A stretch of DNA of 64,000 nt from Octopus vulgaris (Eukaryota): the NCBI GenBank assembly GCA_951406725.2, contig OX597824.1, forward strand, positions 34,224,001 through 34,288,000, written 5' to 3'. Made by a program: the position numbers and the translations under genes. The notes below the pieces were generated by a model. It was not told the origin of the DNA. It saw only the letters and a program-made list of their open reading frames with translations, and searched no databases. Positions 40,968 to 55,729 of the stretch are shown piece by piece (within the stretch, counting starts at the first letter, position 1; the number at the start of each line of letters is the position of its first letter).

Positions 40968-41365
40968 GCACTTGTAATTCATACATATATACATACAAAT
41001 ATACTATAGATCATATATATATATATATATCATCATTGTTTAAATATCCAATTTTCTATACTTGCATGGATCAGCAGAGTTCTTTCATACGTCACCAATA
41101 CTTCCTTGTTTCAAAGGAGGTTTAAATTTCCTCTAAGCTAGCCATGTTTTCACAGAACTTTGCAAATGAACAACACTGCTTGTATGCTGGTGGTGCTTGT
41201 TTACGACTATCATGTGATATCAAGACGAGAAGACACAAACACACACAGACATACACAAGTATATATATATATATATCTATACACATACACACATATACAT
41301 ATATAATATGAAATATATGCATCTATATATACATACACACACACACAAACGTATACGTATATGTT

Positions 41366-41411
<46 letters not shown>

Positions 41412-42114
41412 AGGAATGCAAGCAATGAGTGCAAAAACAAAGACAACACAGAAGTGTCTGAAACATCATCATTCTTTCCCTTCATTTCAATCATTAAACT
41501 AATAAAAACACTTTTTAAAACTTGTCTTTCTTGTGTAGCCTCTTTCTATTGGTATATATTGCTTTCATAGTATATTTTTAACACTTACGATTTATATACA
41601 TACACATATATGTATTACACACACACACACACATGTATGTATGAATATTTGGTACAGTATTACAGATATTTGTAGAAATGAATAGGAATGGCTTTCTGAT
41701 AATTTTTCCACTTGAGTGCTGCTTATAAATCTCTAGGCATTTACAATAATTTATAAACATCTAATTATTAAAGTGCAAAAATGATCAGAAAGCCATTCCT
41801 ATTTGTTTCTTCAAACACACGCGCAGACACACACACACACACATATATATATAAACATACATACTTCCATACATACACACATACATGCATACATATATTT
41901 GATACAACGAAAACGGTACACTGCCCATTTCTCACTTTAGTGCGATCAGTCAGTTAATTGAAGCCACTAAAGCAAGGATCTTGAATTCTGAAGAACCAAC
42001 AGAATGAACCAGAAGCTTTGAAGAAATAAATTTAATCCCCTACATGTATTCAGTACATTCCATTTCGGTTGTCTAGAGAAACTAATGTGTGTGCTAGTCT
42101 GTATATATGATACA

Positions 42115-42160
<46 letters not shown>

Positions 42161-42380
42161 ATATCTATATTGTATACACACATATTTACATATACACACA
42201 CACACACACACTCATAATATATTATGTACAAGTATGATATAATGTATTCACATATATACATTTTAATTCTAGTAATATATGTACATATATTATCTGTATT
42301 ATATATTTTATGTCTACAAGCAAGCAGAAATACTCGATACATGTAGAGTTTATTCTATAAGTATAATATACATAATAGAT

Positions 42381-42437
<57 letters not shown>

Positions 42438-42765
42438 CACATATATAAGTATATATATATGTATATATATTTATACACATACGCACACAAACACATATAT
42501 ATGTACTTATGTTTATGTACACACTTACATATATGTGTGTTCATAAGATGAAATTATGAAAAACACGACTTTATATCATTTGTTCCTTACATACATTTTA
42601 CTGTTCTGGCTATTTCTAACCTTCAGTTAGGAACAATTTATTGCATTATGTTACATAGATCAAATTGCCCTGATGATCTGTTGTGGTTAAGCATCAATAT
42701 GCACATGGAACATCCAATACAGAGGTTGCAAATAACCATAATAGTGAAATGTACAAAGAGACAAT

Positions 42766-42805
<40 letters not shown>

Positions 42806-42933
42806 GTTTATTATGGTGTAAATCATAACAAACAATACTCTTAGGTACAGTAGTAACCACACCACTATACTGGAAGTAGAGACACAAGATATACTATATG
42901 TGTCTGTATACACACACACACACACACGCACAC

Positions 42934-42968
<35 letters not shown>

Positions 42969-43061
42969 GAAAGTGAGAGAGAGAGAGAGAGAGAGAGAAA
43001 TTATTATTTATATGCAAGTGTATTGATGCTGCACATAGGTATGTTATATATATATACATAC

Positions 43062-43093
<32 letters not shown>

Positions 43094-43172
43094 ATATATA
43101 TGTATATGTATGTACGTATTTATGTGTTTGTATATATATATGTATGTATGTATGTATTTATATATATGTATG

Positions 43173-43255
<83 letters not shown>

Positions 43256-43395
43256 GTATGTATGTATTTATATGTGTTGGTATATATATATATATATATA
43301 TATGAATATGCATGCCTCTTCATGTTATACCTAGAGAAACATGCCCCCTCCCCCACATGTGCAGATGCACACACATGCACACATACATACTCACT
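40860..43395. repeat. Large (TA)/(TG)/(GA) microsatellite field with unique-sequence islands
   Basis: Seen directly. Confidence 0.9.
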
Positions 43396-43993
43396 TACAA
43401 TATGTACATTTGTGATTTTTATCTTTTCATTCCAAACTGTAATGTAGTAATTTCACTCCATACTCCATTGCTACTCTGAGTTTCCCATTCCTAGCAATGG
43501 TAACATTTGACTCCCCAAAGCCTTGGCACTGAATAAATTAACAATCTCACCTATATTTTTTGAGAAGAATTCTATTTCTCATTTACACATCCATCCATCC
43601 ATCCATCCATACGTACATACATACTATCGCACATATTGATATATGAAATTGGCAAAGGAAAAATGGTTAATCCAACCAAAAGACTTGGCTTTGGTGAGAC
43701 AGGCAGTTCAGTGACATATACAAACAAACCAATATGGTTTTTGAGGCCAACATGTTTATCAGCAGAAGCCATTTCAGTTATATAAGACACCTGGAAAGAG
43801 AAAAATGAAAATACATTAGCATGAATATTGAAATAATTGCAGAAGTATGGAAGTTAAGAGCTGTATTAGACATGGAAAACAATTCAAGAATTTGAAGTAA
43901 ACGAGTCAATCTAAAATAGTTGTGTGGATCTTAATTTTAATACTACAAACAAATAACTGCTTAAGATTTGAAAAGGAACTCAATAGATATATA

Positions 43994-45059
43994 CAGGATG
44001 TTCAGGCTAAATCTGACGACTTTTTATGTTCCCCAGCCTTTTTTTTTTTTTTCAGGAACTGACTGATGTATTGGTGAACACTCAATGACATCAGAAAGCA
44101 TAACGATTAAAACTGTTGTTGAAAAAAAAGTTAGCTGACATAATGGTCTAGAAGCCATCTGAATATTGGAAATCATTTACTTGTATCGTAATGGTTTGTG
44201 CTGGGTGTCAAAATGTTGACATCTTTGACTGCTGTTCAATGCTCTGTGAACATAGCAAAGGCTGAAAGATTGGGGCTGGTGAAGTTGTGGAAATACTCTA
44301 ACGACAACTTCTGACTCTTTTTGGGGATATGGCAAGGAGCCAAATCCTGCTGCCACACATATGGTCTTCCAGCAGCAACCTTGTCCAGCTCTAGCAGCTT
44401 CATATAACTGTCTGAATTGAACTAGGCCTTATTCAAAGATGTAGGGGATGGATAGCTGCCATAAAGACTACAAAGCCATGGCTAGCAGGAAGAGACACAG
44501 CAGGCATTCTGAATGTGTCTACATTCAAGAACTCATCCCCTACATCTTTGAATAGGGCTTAGTTCAATTCAGACAGTTATATGAAGCTGCTAGAGCTGGA
44601 CAAGGTCGCTGCTGGAAGACCATATGTGTGGCAGCAGGATTTGGCTCCTTGCCATATCCCCAAAAGAGTCTAAAGTTGTCGTGGAATATTTCCACAACTT
44701 CACCAGCCCCAATTTCTAATCTCCTAATTCCTCCAATTGAAATCCCATGGATTACTATGTGTGGGGGAAGGTTGAGAAAGGTACCAATCATTCTACCTGT
44801 AACATCAAGGCCAAGCTGGTGGCCAAGACCAAGATGTTCACAGATCTTCTCAAGGATACAGTGAGGAATGTATACACCAAGTTCTGGAGCCATCTTGAGG
44901 GTGTGGTGGAAACTGAGAGTGGTTACTCTGAGTAAACTGTTACCTCCCAACCATAAACTACTTGATATTTTTTTGATTTTTTAAAACTACTTTTATTTTT
45001 CAATGCCACATTGTATATTCTTTTCCTTTTATGCTGTCAAATTTATCCTAAACACCCTG
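43994..45059 (+). mobile_element. Tc1/mariner (DD37D/maT-like) transposon remnant with an internal inverted duplication
   Basis: TIRs CAGGATGTTCAGGCTAAATCTGAC / GTCAAATTTATCCTAAACACCCTG; WQQDLAPCH and NPMDYYVWG remnants. Confidence 0.8.
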
Positions 45060-45534
45060 TTTATAATACAAGGACTTAGAAATTTCTGGTTTGCTAACCA
45101 GGTGTGCTTTTAGCTTACATGGGTGTATTGGATGCTAAGCTATGGAAAGGGTAACTAAGCCAGGAGATGAAAAATTCTCATAGAATAATGTGTGTGTGTG
45201 TGTGGGAGAGAGACTTGATAAGAATTCAATTGTTCATTGAATTAACATGTAGGCGGATGGCTATTCCACAGACACATGGGCACATGAAGAGAAGAAGAAG
45301 CCTGACACAAGGCTGTAGTTTTTGAATTACTGGTACTATCTTCCTGACAGGCTTCCGCACAGTTTCTATATACCTAATTTCATTCACATGGTACAGGCTG
45401 ACTTGAGATTATCAAAAACAACATTTAACAAGATGCCACACAGTGGGATCAAATGTTTACTATTTCATAGTTGCAAAATCAATTTCTTGAAAATTTAACC
45501 ATCCTGAGCATGTGTCTTCACAGTCATATATGTG

Positions 45535-45918
45535 TGGGGGGGGTGAAGCTGTTTGATAAGAGAAGGACTGAGGATTTGATGGGAATGCTGGGGTTGGAGG
45601 AATCGGTGGAATGGTTGGTTAGGGCGAATGGAGTGAGGTAGTATGGGCATGTGTTGAGGATGAATGAAGAGCATGTTCTGATGAAGGTGATTGTGTTTGA
45701 GGTAAACGGAGCGTGAAAGCAAGGTAGACTGATGAAAAGGTGGAGGGGACAGGAGGAGGGAGAGATTAGGAGGGTTGGTTTGAAAAAGGATGACATCCAA
45801 AACCAAGTAAGATGGCTAGATGGTGAGAGGGCAGTTGCTATGGCATTGAGGTAGACTGGCCACCCCAGTCAACAGAGGCAAAACCCAAATTTAAAACACT
45901 GGATGATGATGATGATGA

Positions 45919-45920
<2 letters not shown>
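45535..45920 (+). mobile_element. RTE LINE 3' fragment
   Basis: RANGVR*YGHVLRMNEEHVL; (GAT)n tail. Confidence 0.75.
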
Positions 45921-45979
<59 letters not shown>

Positions 45980-46009
45980 GTGTGTGTGCATAGAGGGAAT
46001 GCAGTTTGG

Positions 46010-47395
46010 TTTTTCTTCCTGGAAGAAGCATGACTGTTGCTATATTCCTGATAAGGCAACTGCAGGAGAATTATTTACCTAAAAATAAACCTCTGTACTT
46101 GGCTTTTGTTGACATGGAGAAAGCCTTTGACAGGGTCCTCTGCTCCCTTATCTGATGACCAATGCTGAAGCTAAGGATAGATGAGTGGTTGATGAGAGCT
46201 GTATAAGTCATGTACAGGGGTGCTGCCAGTAAGGTGAAGGTTGGCAATGAGTATAGCAATGAATTTAGTGTACAAGCAGGAATTCACCAAGGATCAATTC
46301 TCAGCACCCTCTTGTCTTCCTTAGTCTTCCAGGCCATAACAGAGGAATTCAAGACTGGCTGCCCCTGGTAGCTCCTCTATGCTGATGACCTTGCTCTTGT
46401 AGCTGAATCACTACCAGAACTATATAAGGAGTTTCAGGTGTGGAAGCAAGGTCTAGAATCAAAGGGCCTTAGAGATAACCAAGCAAGAATCACTACTTGA
46501 CCTAGAAATTTCAGATATGAAAACTAGGTCAGGAATCTAAAGGTGACCAAGTTGGCAGTGGAGAAGGACATTCTGAAAGCATAATTGCTAGAATAAGAAT
46601 GGGCTGAGTAAAGTTCAGAGAGCTACTACCTTTGTTGGTAACTAAGGGCCTCTCCATCAGAGTGGAAGGTAGATTGTATGATGTCTGTGTGCAGCTATGC
46701 TACATGGCAGTGAAACATGGGCTATGACTACAGAGAACTTATGAAGGCTTGAAAAAAATGAAGCTAGCATGCTCTGCTTGATGAGTAAGGCCACAGTGCA
46801 TATATGACAGTGTGTAAATGATTTAAGAAGAAAACTGGGTACAAGAGACATCAGATGTGTGCAAGAGAGAAAACTGCACTCATTTGGTCATGTGATATGT
46901 ATGGATGAGGACAGCTGCATAAAGAGGAGCCAATCTCTAATTGTGGAGAGAACCTGTGGAAGGGGAAAACTGATGCATAGAGGGTAGACTCAGGAAGACG
47001 TGGGATAAAAGTAGTGAGAAAGGATCTTCAGATGCTGGGCCTCAGTGAGGAGAGGACAAGAGACAAGGACTCTTGGCAATTTGCTGTACTTCAGAAGACA
47101 TATCAAGCTAAGTAAAATCACAGCAATCCATACATACAGGCATATCCATTATGGCCATGCCCCCACTCCTTCTCCCAGCTGAGAGGTCTTTGTCCTGCTG
47201 GTGTCATGTAAAATGCACTTGTACCAGTGCCACTTGAAATGCACTCGTGCTGGTGCTACCTAAATGCACCTGTGTCAGTAGCATGTATGAAGCACCTAGC
47301 ACACTCTGTAAAGTGGTTGGTATTACATCCAGCTGTAGAAATCATGTAAAAATAGACAATTAGGGCCTGGATGATGATGATGATGATGATGATGA
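46010..47395 (+). mobile_element. RTE LINE reverse-transcriptase remnant
   Basis: LYLAFVDMEKAFDRV, GIHQGSILS, LLYADDLALVAES; several stop codons; (GAT)n tail. Confidence 0.9.
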
Positions 47396-47813
47396 TATAT
47401 ATATATATATTGTTGACATGAGAATTTTGTAAACTTTCAAGAGAACATGAAATATTCTTTTTTGAAACATTGGTTCTCGAAGTACATCACACAGAGCTAT
47501 AAATAATGATTTGAAGTTTTAGCACAAAACCAACAATTTTAGGGGGAGTGGATAAGTTGAATAAGTCAACCCCAGTGTTCCACTGGCACTTAATTGACCT
47601 CAAAAGGATGAAAGACAAAATCAACCTTGGCAAAATTTGAACTCAGAATGCAAAGCCAGAAGAAATACTGCCAAGCATTTTGTCCGGCATGCTAATGATT
47701 CTGCCAGTTTACCGTCTTACATAAAGCTACAAATAATAGCATTATTTATAGTTTTATGTGATGCACCTTGAGAGACAATGTTAAAAAAAAAATTATATAT
47801 ATATATATATATA

Positions 47814-49090
47814 CAGGGTGTGATGGGTAAATTATCGCCATTTTATATTTTTAATTTCATGCTTGCATATTGTTTGTCAACTACACAGTATAGTAGGATC
47901 AATTGGGTGCCGTCTGTGAGAAAATCAACACCATGATGCAATTCACTCCGCCAGAAATTCGGAAACGATATGCTGTACTGCTTGGCATTTGTGCCGGAAG
48001 CTCCAATACAAACATTTCAGAGTGTTTGGGTGTCAATCTGAGGATAGTGCAGAGGTTTCGCAAAAAGTTGGATGAGTCAAATGGTGATTACGAAGGTACG
48101 GCAGCTTGGAAAACTCACTCTAATCATTCTGATAAGAAAAGAACTCCTGAATTTGTTGGTGAGATCCAGGCCATGATTGACAACAATCCTTCCAAGTCAA
48201 TCAGATCCATCACCAGGGTCATGTGAGTGTCTCAGATTCTTATCAGGCTGATAGTGCATGAAGACATTCGGTGTTCTTAATACAAGATGGGAGAGGGCCA
48301 ATTTTTAGCCCAAGCCATCGAGGACAAGAGTAAAGACTGCACTATGTAGCTTTTGCACAAACTCAAGCATCGCCTCCAACTGAAGATGCTTTAGTTTTAC
48401 TCAGACAAAAAAAATTTATATCAGGATCAGATGGTCAACCCAGAACAACCATTGGCTTGCCGTGTCATCAAAACATGTACCAATAGTCATAAAAATCAAA
48501 CATCCAGTCACCATCATGGTGTTTGGAGTGATCACTAGTGATGGCAACGTTATGCCTCCATTTATCTTTCCACACGGTTTCAGACTCAACATGGAGGCCT
48601 ACATCAAGTGCCTAGAGGAGGTAAAGCTGCCACTGTGTAAAGAGGGTGGCTACAGGAAGACCCTATGTCTTGCAATAGGACTCTGCACCATGCCACACAA
48701 GCAGGAGAACCCAGTCATGGCTGTCAGACAATTTCTGTGACCACATCACCCCTAACATCTGGTCACCTAACTCCCCAGACTGCAACCCCTTCGATTATTA
48801 TGTGTGGGGCGCAGTTGAGCAAGAGACAAATAAAATTCTTTGTAGCACCAAAGATGAACTGAAGGTAAAGATTATGGCAGCATTCACCAACTTAAACAAG
48901 GAAACCATCTAGAAGAGTTGCAGGAGATTCCCAAGTCATCTGGAAGCTGTAGTTGAAGCCAATGGCGATTTTATTGAATAAATCTACTCTTTAGTATTTC
49001 AAGATATTCTTATGTAATTTTGATAAATATATGTTAAAATGAGATGTCAGTGTTATTTTCATTTTCAAGCAATTTAGACTACAATTTATT
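47814..49090 (+). mobile_element. DD37D (maT) transposon, pseudogenised
   Basis: TA-CAGGGTGTGATGGGTAAATT terminus; SD...MVFGVITSDG...DSAPCH...SPDCNPFDYYVWG, with 37 residues between the 2nd and 3rd Asp (counted by hand). Confidence 0.88.
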
Positions 49091-49382
49091 GTTTGTATAT
49101 ATATATATATATAAACACACATATATATATGTATATAAACATATATGTGTATGCATGTGTGTATATTCTTTCACTTATTTCAGTCATTTGACTGTGGCCT
49201 TGCTGGAGTACCACCTTGAAGGGTGTTAGTCAAAAAAATCAACCCCAGGACTTATTCTTTATAAGCCTAGTGCTTTTTCTATCAGTCTTTTCTGCTGAAC
49301 CACTAGGTTTCGAGGACATAAACACACCAGCACCAGTTGTCAAGCGATGGCTAGGGGAACAAACACAGACACACACACACAA

Positions 49383-50095
49383 AGAAATGTTGAACATAAG
49401 AATATCAAATGTGGTCTGCAAGAGAGACAACTGTGCTGGTATGGTCATGTGCTGCGTATGAGTGAGGAAAGCTGTGTGAAGAAGTGTCACTCCCTAACAG
49501 TAGAAGGAACCCGTGGAAGAGGGAGACCCAGGAAGACATGGGATGAGGTGGTGAGGTCCAAACATTGGACCTCACACAGGCAATGATAAAGGACCGAGAC
49601 CTCTGGAGATGTGCTGTGATTGAGAAGACCCGACAAGTAAAGTGAGATCACAGCTGTAGCCTACACCAGTGTTGCAAAACCAGCCCACTTAAAAAGTACC
49701 TTTGGATTGTCGGGTGACATGCTGTGCTTGAGGAAACCTATTGAGTCAAGTAAATCAAAATCAAAATCAAATTAAATCAAATGGAAATTGTAGTTTTGGC
49801 CGATGCCAGTGCTGCCTGACTGGCTTCTGTGCTGGTGGCATGCAATAAGCACCATTCATGCATGGGTCATTGCCAGTGCCAGTGACATGTAAACAGCACC
49901 ATCTGAACATGGCCAATGCCAGTGCCACCTGGCATCCACTACACTCTTGGAGTAGTTGGTATTAGGAAGGGCATCCAGCTATAGAAACATTACCAGATCA
50001 GACTGGAGCTTGGTGTGGCCTTCTGGCTTGCCAGTCCCCAGTCAAACTGTTCAACGAAAGCAGAGATTAAACAACGATGATGATGATGATGATGT
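49383..50095 (+). mobile_element. RTE LINE 3' end abutting a SINE A 3' half (49165-49382)
   Basis: RQLCWYGHVLRMSEESCVKK..GRGRPRKTW; (GAT)n tail. Confidence 0.85.
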
Positions 50096-51134
50096 ACACA
50101 CGCACACATGTATTCTTCAACTTAATGTTGTTTCAAGATATATCATTTTAACGTAACATTATTTTTCTAAGAAATAAATGGAAAAATGAAACTTCAGTTG
50201 AATTATCCAGCTTTACATCCATTCCAGTGAACATTTTTAAAAGCATGAAAATTATAAAAAAAAAAGTAAAAACCAATCCTGAAGCGGAAAATCAAATAAA
50301 ATGCATGCGAAAATCATCATCATCATCATCGTTTAACGTCCGCTTTCCATGCTAGCATGGGTTGGACGGTTCAACTGGGGTCTGGGAAGCCAGAAGGCTG
50401 CACAAGGCCCAGTCTGATCTGGCAGTGTTTCTACAGCTGGTTGTCCTTCCTAACGCCAACCACTCCATGAGTGTATTGGGTGCTTTTTATGTGCCACCGA
50501 CACAGGTGCCAGACGAGGCTGGCAAACGGCCACGATCGAATGGTGCTTTTTACGTGCCACCGGCACGGAGGCCAGTCGGGGCGGCGCTGGCAACGGCCAC
50601 GTTCGGATGGTTCTCTTATGTGCCTCCGGCACTGGTATCACAGCTACAATTTCCATACATTTATTAAAATAGTTATGAGCTCATAATTTTTTCCAAATTT
50701 TTTTGTGTTACATCATTCTACAAGTTGTTGACTACCAACATAAGTTGAGATATACTTGTACTTCATGGTATCACATGATTGACCAGACCATTGGATGTTG
50801 TCATATATTGCTAGTCACAATATACTTCACATTGTTTTAGCTCTTGAATGGCACCACCCTGCTGGCTAGGTGAGCAGGCCAACGTTCCCCCTGATCAGAT
50901 GGTTAGTAAATATTTTCATAACACCCTAATTTCTTTCTCTCAGCAGTTTGATAAATGAAGCCATCTGACCCATGCAAGCATAGAAAAGTGGATATTAAAA
51001 CAATGATGATGATGTTAATTATGATTGACTTCAGATTTTACCAGCAAAAGATACTTCAGATTAAATTTTAATAAGTAAGGATTTCTTACTCTGGCACACT
51101 GTTGTGAGAGTAGAGTCAATTAAGTCAACCCTAC

Positions 51135-51525
51135 TCTCTTTTACTTTTTTACTTGTTTCAGTCATTTGACTGTAGTCATGCTGGAGCAACGCCTTTAGTT
51201 GAGCAAATCGATCCCAGGACTTATTCTTTGTAAGCCTAGTACTTATTCTATCGGTCTCTTTTGCCGAACTGCTAAGTTACAGGGACGTAAACACACCAGC
51301 ATCAGTTGTAAAGTGATGTTGGGGGGACAAACACAGACACACACATACATAAATATATATACATATAGACGATGGGCTTCTTTCAGTTTCCAAATCCACT
51401 CACAAGGCTTTGGTTGGCCTGAGGCTATAGTAGAAGACACTTGCCCAAGGTGCCATGCAGTGGGACTGAACCCGGAACCATGTGGTTCATAAGCAAGCTA
51501 TTTACCACACAGCCACTCCTACGCC
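51135..51525 (-). mobile_element. SINE family A, full length
   Basis: Reverse complement of 32260-32659. Confidence 0.88.
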
Positions 51526-54500
51526 TAGTATATATTTGGAATTTTTTTTTCTGACATTGGAGGTATAGTACATGTAGTCAACTCTGGAAGGATCTAAATT
51601 CAGGCAATAAAGCAACAACTCTAAATACTGAAAGGCTGTTTAGTCTAATAATCTCTATTTCTGCCCTTCTGCTCCCACTTCACAGCATCTTGGATAGTTT
51701 TCATCAACCAAAGCTTCAGGTTAAATGAAGCTCATGGGTTGACATTAGCTTTTCAAAAATGTATCAAATTGGCATCACCTGTTCTTGGGGATCAGGCTTA
51801 ATCATTTATCCTGCTTAACACTCCCACTTGGCTTTTTGGTGCCTTTACCACTATTCAAACCAAATTTCCAATTTTTAGCTTCTTTCAGTTTCAGAGGTCT
51901 TGCACTTCTTCCTCAAATAAAGCCAGAGAAATAAATATAAAAATATAAAAAATACAATAAAAAAAAAACAACCTCATCCTCCAATAAATTATTAACTTAC
52001 TGAGATAACAACTATTCTCAGATAATATTTCCCATTAACTTTACATTTATTATCCTAAAAGGCCATCAGTTGAGCTTGAGTATATCAATATGAATTGATA
52101 AATTTTTGATTAAAGTAAAAGTGCATGTTTTTATTGTATTAAGCTGGCTAGTTGCAAACAGGCATAAAAAAGTGGTTTTTGTATTGACTCATATAGGACG
52201 GAGAAAGCTATAACTTGAGAAATAATATTAGTAAAGATTATATTGTGGGTGGCTGTGGGGGGATGCCTGTGTGGTGGGTAGGTGCATGTATGTGTGTGTG
52301 TGTCTGTGTCTGTGTGTACACAGACACACAAAAAAATGTATGCACAATTTAACATCTGATAATTCACTTAATTTTCATTTCTTTTTAGATTTAACCCATT
52401 AGAAATAATAAAGGGAACCAGACTAAACTTTCAACAAAAGAAATTTGTCCTAAAGTGCTGATGGAAGTTTGAAAACATAAAAGTGCAAAAACAGTTTAGG
52501 AGGGAGTTTCAAACAGATATCCACCAACATAACTTACCATCACTCAAGATTGATGGATGGAAATATTGTTAAATGTATGTATGAATTAAATGCTGGTGTG
52601 GTCATGTGTTACATATGGATTAGAACAGTTGCATAAAGAAGTGCTGATCACTAAATGTGGGTGATATTTGTGCAAGAGGGAGACCCCAGGAAGATGTGAG
52701 ACAAAGTAGTGAAAATTCATCTCAAGATGTCCAGCATCCTGGAGATGACAGAGGACCAAGATGATTGGTAATTCGCTATGCTTGAGAAGATCCATCTGCT
52801 ATGACAAAAGTGAGGTCCTAAAAGCATTATGCTCGTGCCTGGGCATACTGGGTCCTGCACTCAACCTGCCCATATCAAGCATTTCCTCACACTCATTCCT
52901 CTTTCACTCTTCTAGCTCAGGTACAACTCAGCTGCAGCGATCATTTGAGAGCAGAATTGGCACATATTTCATCCTCATCTTTTGTGCTGCTATTTTAACT
53001 CCTCCACTCCTGGAGCCACTTCTGTTTAAACTTCATTCTTCATTATTGTTCTTTCTTTCACTATTTTCTACCCTCTTCTGTGGTTTCAGTAATTTCTCCC
53101 AATCCTCTGAGTGACATTTTAAGGATTGCATTACTGCATCTTTAACACTCTCTCATGTCTGCAATTGATGCCTCCTCCAACTTTGTGACCCGATCACTAT
53201 ACCCTTATGTACCTCTGCAGTTTATCACCCTCTCACTCTTTTCTCAAACCCTGCACACCATCTCCCTAATTTTTTTATCTACCCAGATATATGATACTGC
53301 TGCCCTTTACTCCTTCTGTGCCACCACTTGTCACCTTCTTGAGTCACTTCTATCTCTCTCATCTCCTCCCCTCCATTCTGATATTAACCATCAACCATAT
53401 CTCCACCCTTGTTCATCACTCACTACATCCCCCTCTAGACCCATCTCCAGCCATCCCACACTCTCATAAAATTACCCACCCTTTTCTTCCCCACTCAATG
53501 GTCCACTGTATACATTCTTCCTTATACTCACCTTGAACCTTAAGAATACACTCTGGCACCCCATCATCACTATTTTCATCTCCCTTTCAGCTATTCCCAC
53601 TCACCCTTGCACAATGTAGGGGTAGCCATGTATCTCCTCTAGAGCAAGACACCTGTGCTTATCTGCCCAATATCATACTTTAGCCTTTAATACCTGGAAT
53701 AAAGCCACCTCCTCCTCTCTCAAATGCACTCCCATTCAGTCAAGGGGGACTTTTTCCTTTCTTTTCTTTACTTTGTCTAGCAAGTTATTTGGCAAGCACC
53801 CAGTACATACTGTAAAGTGGTTGAGCATTAGGAATGGCATCCAGCTGTAGAAGAAACTATGCCAAAGCAGACAAAGAAGCTTGGTACAGCTCTCTGGTGT
53901 TCATCAGTTCCTATTGAACTATCTGTCCAACTCATGCCTGCATAGAAAAAGAGAAGTTAAATGCTGATGGTAATGATGATGATGACATTCTGGTTCAAGT
54001 GGAATAAGTAATTTGCATCACAAGAGAGAATAACTAATATGAGAGTATGTTAGAGGCATGGACGACAACAAAATGAGAACAAACCAGTGGGTTGCATTGG
54101 ACTCCAATATCTGCAGTGAATAGCAGTTTGAGAGCAGGGAAGTGAAAGGAAATAGGAGTCGATCAAGGAGGAGGAGGCAGAGGAGGTGATAAGAGGACAG
54201 TAGTAGGGATACAATGTGAAGTGTTGGCAGGATAAATGGTATTATTTACAGCACCTGAGTGGGCATTGCCTCAGTTAGGAGATGAGTTGTGGGGAAAGGC
54301 TTGATAGGACCTCATTTCTGCTGAGGTGGATGGGTCTCCCCAAGCAAAGTATATCATCATTCATCTTGACCCTTGTCATCTTCATTGACTCAGGGATTAA
54401 TTTCACACCAACCAAGTAAACTGCAATATTTAATTCTTGACATTTAATCAACATATATATTCACTTTCCTATTGTCTTGTGGAACAATTATGTAATGGAA

Positions 54501-55199
54501 ATTATGAACTCCTTAGACAATGTTCTTTCTTAACTAAAGTCCCCTATTTGGGGTTCATCTGTATACTACACCTACAGAGGAAGTTGTCAAAGCCCAGCTT
54601 ATGCAAGGATTTTTTCAGTTAAATTATTTTCTGGTGTTGATCCCTATCTAATATATTGACTTAGTGACTCCTTTTCTTTCTTGCACAAATAATCAGCTAG
54701 GGTAGAGATGCCCTTGAATACTGGTCCTAATGTCATATGAACTACAGATCTGAATTTATCCATCATGTTTCTAATGCAGAGTTACTCAGGGTAGAGTATG
54801 ACAATACTTTGCTCCTGAAGACTGCTTAGAGATACTAGGCATATGATTAAAATGTACCTAGACTAAATCTCCAATGTATGAAACTATGAGTAGCTCATAA
54901 CTATATATTGTGCACATTAAACAGTATTTAACTTTCACCAGATGCAGTACTTTTTGCTGATCTTACCTTAACAGAAAAGTAACCCCCCACACACACACAC
55001 ACACAAAATATGTCCATTCATAGAGTTTTTTCTTTCTTTTTTTTAAAAATCAAAGTGAGACATGGACCACAAAATGGTTGAGAAATACTCTTCTAATGTA
55101 AAGTAGACAGAGTATGACAGTTTGTTGACTAATGCTCTCCATCTTTATATCTCTACTCTTATAAAATAGTTGTTACTCTGATGGGTCTAACTAACCCTG

Positions 55200-55620
55200 A
55201 TATCTCTTGATGGTATGTACCAAGGTCACCACTTATGAGTCTTGCTTGATGTTGTGGGCAGCATATGATACCTTTCTTTACCCTATATCAATGATGGAAA
55301 TCATCCATTGTATTGTCCAGTGAATGAACAGATGTCATGAATCTTGCGTACAAGTTATTAGCACATCCAGGAAGGCCAGTTTATCAGAATTTTTTTAGTC
55401 TTTCCTGTTGTGAACTGTATAGAAGACTTCATTGAGTTTACATGGTCCAGCAGTAATTGTGCTTTGTCTTGGTGAGACCTAAGTATAATGGTATCATCTA
55501 AATATTTCAGTTGTATGGTCGATTTAATTATGTTACTTACAAAGCCATCTTATGTATCATGAATATATCAGTATCTCAGTAGGTAAACCTGATGGAAATA
55601 TTGACTTTCTGTGTACAAAT
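55200..55620 (-). mobile_element. Penelope-like RT fragment
   Basis: Minus strand KYLDDTIIL..LLDHVNSMKSSIQFT..DKLAFLDVLI, the PLE RT palm/thumb pattern. Confidence 0.75.
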
Positions 55621-55729
55621 AATATATTTTCAATTAAGGTTTGATCTACATTGGCAGGAATGAGGTTTAGCTATAGGTTTGTCATTATCCCCAGAGATAG
55701 CTAACATATGTATGGAAATACTACTGGGT

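Noticed and set aside
42669-42715. CTGATGA...GGAACATC as a hammerhead
   Set aside because: No convincing stem II and no GAAA box; likely chance.
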